64,000 bases of DNA from Lysobacterales bacterium (lineage in GTDB: Bacteria > Pseudomonadota > Gammaproteobacteria > Xanthomonadales > SZUA-36). Location of the stretch: positions 15,947 to 79,946 of the forward strand of contig JANLTO010000017.1 in assembly GCA_031362985.1 (NCBI GenBank), read 5' to 3'. A program made the position numbers and the translations under genes. Within the stretch, counting starts at the first letter, position 1; each line of letters starts with the position of its first letter. Below the pieces are notes generated by a model. It made no database searches. It saw only the letters and a program-made list of their open reading frames with translations, and was not told the origin of the DNA. This document shows positions 17,632 to 27,057 of the stretch, in pieces.

Positions 17632-19401
17632 TTGGGATTTGATGCCTGGTTTACAGTGGCAGTGGTGGTCAGCACGGTAGCCGTGCTGGTCAAAACCCGT
17701 CTGGCACCAGAGTTCGTCCTGGTGACCTCCCTCGCGACGCTGATGCTGTCCGGCATTTTGTCACCGGCGCAGGCCCTGTCCGGGCTGGCCAATCCCGGCC
17801 TGGTGACCGTGGGCGTGATGTACGTGATCGTGGCAGGCCTGGTGGATACCGGTGCGGTGCATGCGCTTGGGGCCTCCATACTGGGGCGTCCAAAAACTGC
17901 TGTCGCGGCGCAGTTTCGCCTGATGTTGCCGGTCACCACCATAAGCGCCTTCCTGAACAACACCCCCGTGGTCGCGATGATGATTCCAGTGGTTGAAGAT
18001 TGGGCGCGCCGCTGCGGAATTTCTGTATCGAAGCTGATGATCCCACTGAGTTATGCCGCCATCCTTGGCGGCACCTGCACACTCATTGGCACCAGTACCA
18101 ACCTCGTCGTTCACGGCATGGTCATGAGTACAACCGATCTTCCACCCATGGGCTTCTTCGAGATTGGCGCTGTGGGCGTGCCCTCGGCTATCGTCGGGAT
18201 TGCCATCGTCCTGCTCGTTTCCCATTGGCTGTTGCCCGATCGCATACCACCCTTGCGCCCGCAGGATGAAGCGCGCGAGTACTCCATTGAAATGCTCATC
18301 GAAACGGACAGCCCGCTGGTGGGGCGAACGGTGGAGAAAGCCGGTTTGCGCCATCTTCCAGGCGCGTTCCTGGCTGAAATTGAACGCGCCGGAGGGCTTC
18401 TGCCTGCAGTCTCCTCTGCCGAGATATTGCGTGCTGGAGACCGGCTGGTTTTCATCGGCGTGGTGGATTCCGTGATCGATATCCTGCGCATGCGCGGCCT
18501 GATCCCGGCTCCCGATCAACTGTTCAAACTGGACGAGCCGCGAGCGCAGCGCCGGCTGGTTGAAGTGGTGGTATCGGAATCGAGTCCGGTCATTGGACAA
18601 AACATTCGCGCCAGCCGTTTCCGCTCACGTTACGAAGCCGTGGTGATTGCAGTGGCGCGTAACGGCGAGCGCTTGTCCGGCAAGATTGGTGACATTGTAT
18701 TGAAGTCGGGTGACATCCTGTTGCTGGAAACCCGGCTGACGTTCCAGAAGCTGAACAAGAATTCGCGCGATTTTCTCCTGGTAAAAGAACTCACACATGC
18801 GCGGCTGCCACGGCATGACAGGGCGTGGCGGGCCACCGCAATTCTCACGGCCGTGGTGCTTGCAGCCGCCCTGGGTGTAGCGTCCATGCTGGAAGCGGCA
18901 CTGGTTGGCGCCTTGCTGATGGTGGTGACCGGCTGTACCAGCATCAACTCCGCCCGGGACAGCATTGACTGGAATGTCTTGATCATGATCGGCGCAGCGC
19001 TGGGAGTCGGTGAGGCGATGTCAGTCTCCGGCGCAGCATCAAGCATCGCCCATGGCTGGCTGGCCCAGGCCGGCGGCAACCCCTTGCTGGCCCTGATCGC
19101 TGTGTATGCCGTGACCACGCTATTAACCGAGGTGATCACCAACAATGCAGCAGCAGTGCTGACCCTGCCCATCGCGCTGGCCACGGCGCAGGAGCTGGGG
19201 GTCAGTCCGTGGCCGTTCATCGCTTGCATCATGATGGCGGCTTCAGCGAGTTTCGCCACGCCCATAGGCTACCAGACCAACCTGATGGTTCTCGGCCCGG
19301 GCGGCTACCGCTTTACGGATTTTGCCCGGATCGGCATCGTGCTCAACATCGTCATGGGTATCGTGGCGATAACACTGGCACCCATGATCTGGCCTTTCTG
19401 A
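17632..19401 (+). CDS. SLC13/DASS-type anion permease with two internal TrkA-C (RCK_C) domains
   Basis: 589 aa, TTG start. Polytopic halves flank two TrkA-C-like segments (VGRTVEKAGLRHLPGAFLAEIER...GDRLVFIG and IGQNIRASRFRSRYEAVVIAVARNGERL...GDILLLE). Confidence 0.85.
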   Translation: MGFDAWFTVAVVVSTVAVLVKTRLAPEFVLVTSLATLMLSGILSPAQALSGLANPGLVTVGVMYVIVAGLVDTGAVHALGASILGRPKTAVAAQFRLMLPVTTISAFLNNTPVVAMMIPVVEDWARRCGISVSKLMIPLSYAAILGGTCTLIGTSTNLVVHGMVMSTTDLPPMGFFEIGAVGVPSAIVGIAIVLLVSHWLLPDRIPPLRPQDEAREYSIEMLIETDSPLVGRTVEKAGLRHLPGAFLAEIERAGGLLPAVSSAEILRAGDRLVFIGVVDSVIDILRMRGLIPAPDQLFKLDEPRAQRRLVEVVVSESSPVIGQNIRASRFRSRYEAVVIAVARNGERLSGKIGDIVLKSGDILLLETRLTFQKLNKNSRDFLLVKELTHARLPRHDRAWRATAILTAVVLAAALGVASMLEAALVGALLMVVTGCTSINSARDSIDWNVLIMIGAALGVGEAMSVSGAASSIAHGWLAQAGGNPLLALIAVYAVTTLLTEVITNNAAAVLTLPIALATAQELGVSPWPFIACIMMAASASFATPIGYQTNLMVLGPGGYRFTDFARIGIVLNIVMGIVAITLAPMIWPF

Positions 19402-19410
19402 CGGCTCTTG

Positions 19411-19447
19411 CTTAGGGAAACGCTGAATAAATCAGAGTTTCCTCAGG
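19411..19447. repeat. 35-bp palindromic element family, copy c
   Basis: CTTAGGGAAACGCTGAATAAATCAGAGTTTCCTCAGG. Begins 10 nt after the permease stop (19401). Contains the EamA stop codon (19443-19445). Confidence 0.85.
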
Positions 19448-20327
19448 GGGGGTTTTGCCGGGCCTTGTGCATGGCCCGGATGGTGACCACGAAGATTCCG
19501 CTGAGCACCAGACCACCACCCATCAATAGTCGCCATCCCGGCCGGTCACCCCACAGCAGCACGCCAAACAGCACAGCCGTCAGCGGCGTCAGCAGCAGAT
19601 AGGGCATAATGGAAGACACCGGGTGCCGCTGGACCAGCGTGAAGAACACGCCGTGTCCGACAATGGAAGCGATCAGCCCGGTGTAAGCAACGCTGGCCCA
19701 GCCCAGCCATGGTGCGCTTGCGAGCATGTGCAACTGACCCGTCTCGAGGGTGAGAGTCGCAAGCAACATGACCGGCAGGGATATGAGCGCGGTCCAGGCC
19801 TGGAAGCTGAATACCCCTACGCCCTTGATGCCACGCATGAACACCGAACCCATTGCCTGGAACAGGGCGGAAAGCAGGGCCACGGCCAGTATGTCCAGTT
19901 GGTCCAGCATCAGTGGATCAAAGCTCAGCACAACCACTCCGGAAAACGCCACCCCTATGGCCGTGAGCGAACGCCAACCAACCTGTTCACGCAGGAAAAC
20001 CATGGCCAGGATCACCGCCATCGGGATATAGGTCTGTTGTGTGATGACGATGGAGGACAGGTCGTGCGAACGGGAAATAGCCCAGAACAACGTGGTGAAA
20101 TGCAACGCGCCGATGCACAGGCAGACAAACACCAACCGCCCCCATTGTCCCGCAGGCGGGAGACGCAAAAAGGGCACCAGCACCAGCAATACCAGCGCGA
20201 AACGCAGCGCCATGAACACAAATGGTGAGAAATACTGCATGCCTTCGGCCGCGACGACGAAGTTGAATGCCCACACCAGGCATACCAGCAGGATCAGCAA
20301 AAGGTCGCGTAAATGCATGTGCGGCAA
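19443..20327 (-). CDS. EamA/DMT family transporter
   Basis: 294 aa, 10 hydrophobic helices, duplicated EamA-like halves (LVWAFNFV...). Confidence 0.85.
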   Translation of the reverse strand: MPHMHLRDLLLILLVCLVWAFNFVVAAEGMQYFSPFVFMALRFALVLLVLVPFLRLPPAGQWGRLVFVCLCIGALHFTTLFWAISRSHDLSSIVITQQTYIPMAVILAMVFLREQVGWRSLTAIGVAFSGVVVLSFDPLMLDQLDILAVALLSALFQAMGSVFMRGIKGVGVFSFQAWTALISLPVMLLATLTLETGQLHMLASAPWLGWASVAYTGLIASIVGHGVFFTLVQRHPVSSIMPYLLLTPLTAVLFGVLLWGDRPGWRLLMGGGLVLSGIFVVTIRAMHKARQNPP

Positions 20328-20400
20328 GGCCCTGATGGAGAATCAGGGAAGCATGGGGCCCTGATCAGGTGGAGTCAAACCGGGTGGGACTGAGCGTCCA

Positions 20401-21870
20401 TCAGGCTGCTTCGGCAGTTGCCAGGTAAAACTCAAATCGAGTTCCCTGGTTAACTACGCTGGTCACGGTTATGCGGCTGCCGTGCAGTTCAAGTATGCGT
20501 TTGACGATGGCTAGCCCCAGCCCGGTTGAGGTGTCCGCGCTCGAAGCGCTCTGCTCGGAACGATAGAAGCGATCAAAAATTCGCTCCAGGTCCTGGTCCG
20601 GAATACCGCAGCCGGTATCGCTAACCGCCACGTAGACGGCTCCAGGTTTTGGGTCCAGCTTGATGCTTACCGTGCCGCCGGTCGGGGTAAATTGCAGCGC
20701 ATTGCGCAGCAGGTTTTCCAGCACCCGCTGCATCAGGCCAATGTCGGCACGAACCATGGTGGCTAGTTGTGGGGCTGCCACCGTTAGCTGGATGTTTTTA
20801 CGCTCGGCTTCCAGGGTAAATTCCTGGCTCACGTCGTGCAGCAGCTCGGACAGGGAGAAAATCTCGAGGCTGGGTCCATCGCTGCCCGCATCCAGCTTGG
20901 ACAATTCGAACAGGTCACCAATCAACTGGCCCAGCCGCTGCGTATGTTTGCGCGCTATCTCAAGATAGTGGCGCCGTTCAGTGCTGGACAGAGTGTCATT
21001 TTTCAGCAATAGCGTGTCGACGTAGCCGTGCATTGAAGCCAGGGGTGTGCGCAGATCATGTGACACATTACTGACCAGTTCGCGGCGCAATCGATCGGTT
21101 TCCTTCAGGTCCTGAAACTGTTCGTGGATTTTGTCGGCCATGCTCTGGAAGGCCGCGCCCAGCTGGCCAATCTCGTCGTCAACAGGCCCTTCGGAGATGC
21201 GGACGTCCGGGGTGAAGCCAGCCGCAGTAAATTGCTGCACGCTACGGGTTAGCCGGGTCAGGCGGCGCGTGAGCAGCCCGAACACCAGCAGGCCAATGAG
21301 GATGGCAGCAACCACGATGGCCATCATCGCACCCAGGCTGATTTTTTGTACGTAACTGCCACGGATGCTACTGGCCAGTTCGTCGTATTTCTGGCCACCG
21401 AGAATGGCATAGAGATAACCTTGCACCACCCCCTGATCCACCACTTCAGCGGCGGAGAATACTTTCTCCCGATCGAGGTTGCGTGGATCGGTGCCGTGGA
21501 ACGGCAGGTCAACCCCGCCTGCAATCAGTTGGCGCACGGGCGCCAGGTCCACGCGGTCCGTTTGCAGGGATTCCGGCGGCATGGATTGGCCGAGGATATG
21601 TCCTGCGGTATCGAGCAGGTAAATCTCAACCGTCGGGTTGATGATCATGGCTTGCCGGGACAGCAACTGCAGGGCTTCGCTGTTCACCACGCCCCTCTCG
21701 ATCAAGATGCGCTCCCCGGTGACATACATGGCAATCGAGCCGTTGAGGCGCTGCGTTAATTCTTCGTAGTAGCGTTGCGTGCTGTATTGATCAACGAAGA
21801 AAAAACCTCCGCCCGTGAGTAGGATAATGGCGAGGAAAGCGACAGAAAGTCGGGCAAACAGGGTTTTCAT
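20401..21870 (-). CDS. Sensor histidine kinase (TM-HAMP-HisKA-HATPase)
   Basis: Track ORF to 21987. ATG 21870 (MKTLFARLSVAFLAIILL) lies 14 nt after the response regulator stop. H-box ELVSNVSHDLRTPL, N-box LLRNALQF, G-boxes DTGCGI and GLGLAIV. Confidence 0.9.
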   Translation of the reverse strand: MKTLFARLSVAFLAIILLTGGGFFFVDQYSTQRYYEELTQRLNGSIAMYVTGERILIERGVVNSEALQLLSRQAMIINPTVEIYLLDTAGHILGQSMPPESLQTDRVDLAPVRQLIAGGVDLPFHGTDPRNLDREKVFSAAEVVDQGVVQGYLYAILGGQKYDELASSIRGSYVQKISLGAMMAIVVAAILIGLLVFGLLTRRLTRLTRSVQQFTAAGFTPDVRISEGPVDDEIGQLGAAFQSMADKIHEQFQDLKETDRLRRELVSNVSHDLRTPLASMHGYVDTLLLKNDTLSSTERRHYLEIARKHTQRLGQLIGDLFELSKLDAGSDGPSLEIFSLSELLHDVSQEFTLEAERKNIQLTVAAPQLATMVRADIGLMQRVLENLLRNALQFTPTGGTVSIKLDPKPGAVYVAVSDTGCGIPDQDLERIFDRFYRSEQSASSADTSTGLGLAIVKRILELHGSRITVTSVVNQGTRFEFYLATAEAA

Positions 21871-21883
21871 CTGGTCACGGCAC

Positions 21884-22627
21884 TCACGCTGCCCGCACCA
21901 CTTGAGCGGCAGGGTCCAGTTTGTAACCCACGCCCCACACCGTGACGATGTGATCGGGATGCGCGGGGTCGGGCTCGATCTTGGCACGCAAGCGGTTGAT
22001 GTGGGAGTTCACGGTATGTTCGTATCCGTCGTGGCCATAGCCCCAGACATTGTCCAGCAGTTGCGCCCGGCTGAACACGCGGCCAGGATGGCGCGCGAAA
22101 TGCAGCAGCAGGTCAAACTCCCGCGCAGTCAGGGTGACAGGTTTGCCGTTGGCATTGACTGCGCGGGTACGCGGATCAATCAACAGGTCGCCCAGTTCCA
22201 GCGTTTCTCCTTTGCTGCCGGCCTGCAGGTTGAGCGAGTCCACGCGGCGGAAAATCGCCTTAACCCGAGCGACCAGCTCAGATACGCTAAAAGGCTTGGT
22301 CACGTAGTCATCCGCTCCCAGCTCCAGGCCCAGCACCCGGTCCAGCTCAGATGATTTGGAGGTGAGCATGAGGATGGGAACAAACGCCTGATCGCGCCGT
22401 AGGGCGCGACAAATGGTCAGACCATCTACGCCCGGCAGGCGCAGGTCCAGGATGATCAGGTCCCAGGCCCGAGCGAAAGCCTGGCGCATACCGTCGTGGC
22501 CGTCAGCAGCGAGCGTCACGTCAAAGTCATTGTCCTGCAAGTGCAGCGCGAGCAACTGGGCAATATCGGGTTCGTCTTCTACAACGAGGATGCGACGAGG
22601 CTGGTTGCTAGGCATGGGGTTCATCAC
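21884..22627 (-). CDS. OmpR/PhoB family response regulator
   Basis: 247 aa. Receiver domain RILVVEDEPDI...DLIILDLRLPG...LTSK. Winged-helix output LTAREFDLLLHFARHPGRVFSR...IVTVWGVGYKL. Confidence 0.9.
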   Translation of the reverse strand: MMNPMPSNQPRRILVVEDEPDIAQLLALHLQDNDFDVTLAADGHDGMRQAFARAWDLIILDLRLPGVDGLTICRALRRDQAFVPILMLTSKSSELDRVLGLELGADDYVTKPFSVSELVARVKAIFRRVDSLNLQAGSKGETLELGDLLIDPRTRAVNANGKPVTLTAREFDLLLHFARHPGRVFSRAQLLDNVWGYGHDGYEHTVNSHINRLRAKIEPDPAHPDHIVTVWGVGYKLDPAAQVVRAA

Positions 22628-22666
22628 GGCTCATTCTTCTGCATGGCTTGTGATGATAGACCCGAG

Positions 22667-22684
22667 TTATCACGAAACTATCAC
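22667..22684. promoter_or_regulatory. Tandem direct heptamers TTATCAC-GAAA-CTATCAC (11-bp phasing), candidate OmpR-family regulator site
   Basis: Lies in the divergent region between the response regulator gene (start 22627) and the spondin_N gene (22853). Further inverted copies are TGATAGA at 22654-22660 and GTGATAG at 22758-22764. Confidence 0.4.
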
Positions 22685-22852
22685 AGGCGGTGACTAAGCA
22701 ATTACTTAACACATTGATATTAGAGAATAAATAAAGATAACTCCCTGCAAGCTCTACGTGATAGCCCCGTGAGGTATATCGCCCACCATAGGCAGCAACG
22801 GATTCACCTTGAGTGTTCCGTCAAATGCCAACTATCCAAGGAGAAAGTCGAA

Positions 22853-23500
22853 ATGATGAAATCTATTGCACTGGGCCTGTTGGGCCTGACCGTATCAGCC
22901 TCTGTTTTCGCCATGGGCCCCACGCGGGATTACGAGGTCACCATAACCAACATAACGAAGGGACAGACCTTCACTCCGACACTGCTTGTCACCCACAAGT
23001 CCGACATCAGTTTGTTCACCACTGGCGAGCCGGCGCTGGATGAATTGGCTACCCTTGCTGAATCAGGCAATACCGCACCCCTGCAGAACCTGCTGGATGG
23101 CTTACCGGACCTGGTGGCGGATACCAATACCTCGTCAGGTTTATTGTTTCCCGGGAACAGCCTCACCCTGACCATTTCGACCGGTGGCAGTGCAGACCGG
23201 GTGAGTTTTGCCGCCATGCTGATCCCCACCAACGACGCCTTTGTAGCTTTGAATTCACTGGAGCTACCCAAGAACGTGGTTGAAGTGGTGGTGCCAGCCT
23301 ACGATGCGGGTTCGGAACTGAATGACGAATTGTGCAGCAACATTCCCGGACCGGATTGCGGCGATATGGATAATTCCGGCGGAACTGGTGAAGGTTATGT
23401 CTATATCGGCAACGGCATCCGCGGTATCGGTGACCTTGATGAAGCCGAGTACGACTGGAACAACCCGGTTGCCCGCGTGGTAGTGCGTCGCGTTCGCTGA
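22853..23500 (+). CDS. Secreted spondin_N-domain protein
   Basis: Track ORF from 22769. ATG 22853 is preceded by AAGGAG and gives the signal peptide MMKSIALGLLGLTVSASVFA. YEVTITNITKGQTFTPTLLVTH...AAMLIPTNDAFVAL matches my memory of the bacterial spondin_N family. Confidence 0.6.
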   Translation: MMKSIALGLLGLTVSASVFAMGPTRDYEVTITNITKGQTFTPTLLVTHKSDISLFTTGEPALDELATLAESGNTAPLQNLLDGLPDLVADTNTSSGLLFPGNSLTLTISTGGSADRVSFAAMLIPTNDAFVALNSLELPKNVVEVVVPAYDAGSELNDELCSNIPGPDCGDMDNSGGTGEGYVYIGNGIRGIGDLDEAEYDWNNPVARVVVRRVR

Positions 23501-23519
23501 AGCACTGAGCCCGGACTCG

Positions 23520-24293
23520 TCAGGGGTGGTGCTGGTACTGCTCCAGCACTTCCCTGGTGGGCCCGTCATACTGGATATGTCCATGGCTCATGACGATGGT
23601 ACGTGGGCACAATTCACGTAGCGTTTCCAGATTGTGGCTGACGAAAATGACGGTGCGACCCTCGGCGGACATTTCCTTGATTCGTTGCAGGCATTTGCCG
23701 CGAAAATTGACGTCCCCCACCGCAATGACTTCGTCGAACAACATGATGTTTGCGTCCAGATGGGCGGCAACGGAGAAAGCCAGGCGCACATACATGCCGC
23801 TGGAATAACGCTTTACCGGGGTATCGAGCATGCCTTCTACCTCGGCGAATGCCACGATGTTGTCAAACTTGGCGCGAATCTCGTGTAGCTCCATGCCCAG
23901 GGTGGCGCCCACCAGAAACAGGTTTTCCCGCCCGGTGAACTCGGGATGAAAACCCGCCCCGACCTCCAGCATGGAGCCCACTTTGCCCTGGATCAGCGCA
24001 TAGCCTTCCGTGGGCCAGGTGATGCGCGAAAGTATCTTGAGCAGGACCGACTTGCCCGCGCCGTTGTGTCCGATGAGGCCAACGATCTCGCCGTGACGAA
24101 TTTTCAGGTCGACGTTGCGCAGTGCCCACAACACTTGCGCTGCATTACTATCCTGCTGCGGGCCGTGCTTCAGCTTGGCGATGGTGCGGCGCACGGCATT
24201 TTCATATACCTGGTGCAAACCCCGGGACAGGCCGCGCGTGCCCAGCACAAAGCGTTTGCCGAGCTGACTGACTTCAATTGCGTATTCACCCAT
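23520..24293 (-). CDS. Polysaccharide/O-antigen ABC exporter ATP-binding protein (Wzt/TagH-like, short form)
   Basis: 257 aa. Walker A GHNGAGKS, signature YSSGM, Walker B IMLFDE. It has no C-terminal carbohydrate-binding extension. Confidence 0.85.
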   Translation of the reverse strand: MGEYAIEVSQLGKRFVLGTRGLSRGLHQVYENAVRRTIAKLKHGPQQDSNAAQVLWALRNVDLKIRHGEIVGLIGHNGAGKSVLLKILSRITWPTEGYALIQGKVGSMLEVGAGFHPEFTGRENLFLVGATLGMELHEIRAKFDNIVAFAEVEGMLDTPVKRYSSGMYVRLAFSVAAHLDANIMLFDEVIAVGDVNFRGKCLQRIKEMSAEGRTVIFVSHNLETLRELCPRTIVMSHGHIQYDGPTREVLEQYQHHP

Positions 24294-24296
24294 GAT

Positions 24297-25136
24297 TTAA
24301 ACCACGTCCGAAAACGTGATTTCTTCGCGCCGGAACCAGTACAGGCCGGACACCAGAATGGTCATGGCAACGCCCCCTGACACGAGCAACATGCGCAGGG
24401 GCAGCTCTGTTTCACCCGTCAGCGCCCAGCGAAATCCTTCCACCACGGCGGCCATCGGATTGAGTTCGTACAGCAGTCGCCAGGCTTCCGGGACGACGGT
24501 GATCGGGTAAGCCACCGGGGTGGCAAAAAGCCATAGTTGCGTGATGAATGGCATGGCGTGGTTCACGTCGCGAAACCGGACATTGATGGCGGCCAGCCAC
24601 AGACCTACACCCAAGGCAGTCAAAGCCGCCAGCAGCACCAACAAGGGCAGCGCGAGAATTTGTGGCCCGGGGATGATGCCGTAGTAGAACATCAATGGAA
24701 TGAGCACCACCATGGAGGTTAACAGGTCGACCAAACCACCCAGGACTGCAGCCAGCGGCAGTAATAAGCGTGGAAAGTACGCTTTTGAAATTACCGACTG
24801 TTGCCCCACCACGCTGGTACTCGCTACGGTCAGGGCGTGCACGAAATAGGTCCACGGAACCAGGGCGCAGAACGCAAACACCGGATAGGGAACATCGCCC
24901 GAGGATACGTTCAGCCAGCGCCCAAAAAATACACTGAACACCACCATGGAAACCACTGGCTGGACAATGACCCAGGTGACACCGGCCAGGGTTTGCTTGT
25001 ACCGGGCCTTCACATCCCGCCACACAAAAATGGCCAGCAGGCGGCGGTACTCGTATACCTCCTGCAGGTTCAACGGCATCCAGCCCGCATGCGGCTCAAT
25101 GCGCCTCGTGGGCAGCTTATTGGTGTCGAACTTCAT
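24297..25136 (-). CDS. ABC-2 type polysaccharide exporter permease (Wzm-like)
   Basis: Track ORF to 25169. ATG 25136 forms an ATGA overlap with the upstream GT stop. Six hydrophobic helices, ABC-2 pattern. Confidence 0.85.
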   Translation of the reverse strand: MKFDTNKLPTRRIEPHAGWMPLNLQEVYEYRRLLAIFVWRDVKARYKQTLAGVTWVIVQPVVSMVVFSVFFGRWLNVSSGDVPYPVFAFCALVPWTYFVHALTVASTSVVGQQSVISKAYFPRLLLPLAAVLGGLVDLLTSMVVLIPLMFYYGIIPGPQILALPLLVLLAALTALGVGLWLAAINVRFRDVNHAMPFITQLWLFATPVAYPITVVPEAWRLLYELNPMAAVVEGFRWALTGETELPLRMLLVSGGVAMTILVSGLYWFRREEITFSDVV

Positions 25137-25843
25137 GCCTTTGGATGCCTGATCAACGCCCGCAACCACCGGCTCAGGGCCAGCCGGTTTACCAGCCGAA
25201 GGCCCAAAGCGTGGCGGGCGGACTGGGTCTTGTCAAGCAACCACTGCCAGGCATAGTGGCGGCGCGAGTCGTAGTGGTAGAGGACCGTGTCAAGCAGCAC
25301 CTCCTGGCGCAAGGCCCCGTCCCGGCTCATACGCAGAGCCCAATCCATGTCTTCTGCATAGTCCACGTCCGCAAAGCGGTAATGTCGGGCAATTTCACTG
25401 CGAATCGGGGTGATGTGGCAGGGCGGCCGGACGTATTCCCCCCGGCACTCATACCAGTCGGTGTACCTGATGGAGTGCACCAGCTTTCGCGGGTGGCGTC
25501 CGCAAAAAGTAATTTCGCCTGCATGGGAAATACAATCGGCCGCAGGGTTTTCGCGAATCGCAGCAAGGATGATCCGAACATAGTCAGGGCTGACGCGGTC
25601 ATCATCATCAACGAATACCAGGAACCGTCCGCGGGCCCTGTCCATGAGCTGGTTGCGTTTTGCTCCCAGTGCCTCGATACCATCGTCACTCAGGGCGCGA
25701 ATCTCGACGGCTGCCCCGGCTCCGGGCGCTGCGCTCTGGCGCGCCAGTTCCTCACGCAAACGCGTATACAACGGCAGCCGGGATTCCATCGTAGCGATGA
25801 GAATGCTCAGTACGCATTCGCCGTTCGCCGGCTGGGTATTCAT
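25133..25843 (-). CDS. GT-A fold glycosyltransferase (GT2-like, small)
   Basis: 236 aa. LSILIATMESR and the acidic FLVFVDDDDRVSPDY (DxD) motif. Coupled to its neighbours by ATGA overlaps. Confidence 0.65.
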   Translation of the reverse strand: MNTQPANGECVLSILIATMESRLPLYTRLREELARQSAAPGAGAAVEIRALSDDGIEALGAKRNQLMDRARGRFLVFVDDDDRVSPDYVRIILAAIRENPAADCISHAGEITFCGRHPRKLVHSIRYTDWYECRGEYVRPPCHITPIRSEIARHYRFADVDYAEDMDWALRMSRDGALRQEVLLDTVLYHYDSRRHYAWQWLLDKTQSARHALGLRLVNRLALSRWLRALIRHPKA

Positions 25844-27057
25844 ACCCCATGCCCCGGCCCATACTCCTTCGAGCGCTCCCGCACAAACTCCTGCACGATG
25901 CTGCGTAGCTGCCGCATGAACTGTTCCTCGGTGAAGTCCAGCATGCGCGCTGCCAGCACTTGCCGCAGTCGTGACTGCAACTCGTCGCTTTCAAGCGCAC
26001 AGCAAATGCGCTCGACCGCCTGATCGTCGGAACCATACATCAGCCCGGGCTCATTTCCGATGATTTCAACCTGCCCGCCGTTACCCGGCACGAAGACCAG
26101 GCAACCGGCGCGGACCAATTCTGCCACGGCAATACCGAAATGCTCATCCAGCATGGTATGCAAGCCGTAACGGCAGGCCCCCACCCGTTGTTCAAGTTCA
26201 TTGCGGCTGATGCCATGGTGCAATCGCACCCAGGGCCCTGCTGCCTGTGCGCGTTCACGCAGCAGGTATGCGTACGCCGGGTCCTGGATATCGCCGATAA
26301 TTTCCAGGCGGACGTCAAGGCCGCGCCGGCGCACTCGTTCAATAATGTCTATAGCTTCAAGCTGTCGTTTCCCCGGCTCAATGCGGCCCAGCGAGACAAA
26401 GGAGTGTTTGCGCTGTTCCCAGGCAACGGGGGGCGCTGACCAGCCCACCGGTGGGTGCAACACCTGGGCTTGTACGCCGTAAATGCTTCCCACGAGACTG
26501 GCAGTCCAATGCGAATTCACCAGCGTCAGGTTGCGCACTATACGCTCGAAGGAAATTCCCGATGAAAGCATCCATGGCCGGTACTGTCCCCTAAAAAATG
26601 CGCCCAGGCGCCCGGCGGGCGATAGGCGACGCACGGCATCGACCCGTTCCCGGTGCCTGGCCAAGTATGGATAATGCACATACTGGATACCCGGTCGGCC
26701 AAAATCCATTTCATTGTCAACCGCCATCGTGACGTCGAATTCTCCGCCCGTCTGGCGCGCTTTGCGCATCAGCCACGCAGCACGCTGAAAGCTGTGCTGG
26801 TCTGGATCAATGCGGTGGCTGTGCCGCACCAGCCAGGGTATTTGTACAAAGCGGAAGTCGCGTTCCTCCAGGCTGGTGCCAAAGTGCCGGTTCAATGCCG
26901 CAAAGTTCGGTCGCCGGGCACACAGTACGGTTACGTCCCAATCCTGCCGCAGGCCCTGTAGTGCCCATGCGCCGACACATTGCCCCCCACCCGGCGGATT
27001 CAGATTGACCGAACAAAAAAGCAACTTACCCCTGGTGCCGGGGCCGACTGCGGTCAC
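25840..27057 (-). CDS. Glycosyltransferase family 4 (GT-B)
   Basis: 405 aa. C-terminal EHFGIAVAELVRAGCLVFV (E-x7-E region). Overlaps both neighbours by 4 nt. Confidence 0.8.
   Translation of the reverse strand: MTAVGPGTRGKLLFCSVNLNPPGGGQCVGAWALQGLRQDWDVTVLCARRPNFAALNRHFGTSLEERDFRFVQIPWLVRHSHRIDPDQHSFQRAAWLMRKARQTGGEFDVTMAVDNEMDFGRPGIQYVHYPYLARHRERVDAVRRLSPAGRLGAFFRGQYRPWMLSSGISFERIVRNLTLVNSHWTASLVGSIYGVQAQVLHPPVGWSAPPVAWEQRKHSFVSLGRIEPGKRQLEAIDIIERVRRRGLDVRLEIIGDIQDPAYAYLLRERAQAAGPWVRLHHGISRNELEQRVGACRYGLHTMLDEHFGIAVAELVRAGCLVFVPGNGGQVEIIGNEPGLMYGSDDQAVERICCALESDELQSRLRQVLAARMLDFTEEQFMRQLRSIVQEFVRERSKEYGPGHGV

Noticed and set aside
20330-20372. CCCTGA-TGGAGAA-TCAGGG hairpin and the CCTGATCAGG palindrome between the kinase stop and the EamA start, as a terminator
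   Set aside because: The stems are short and no U-tract follows on the minus strand. The evidence is too weak to annotate.
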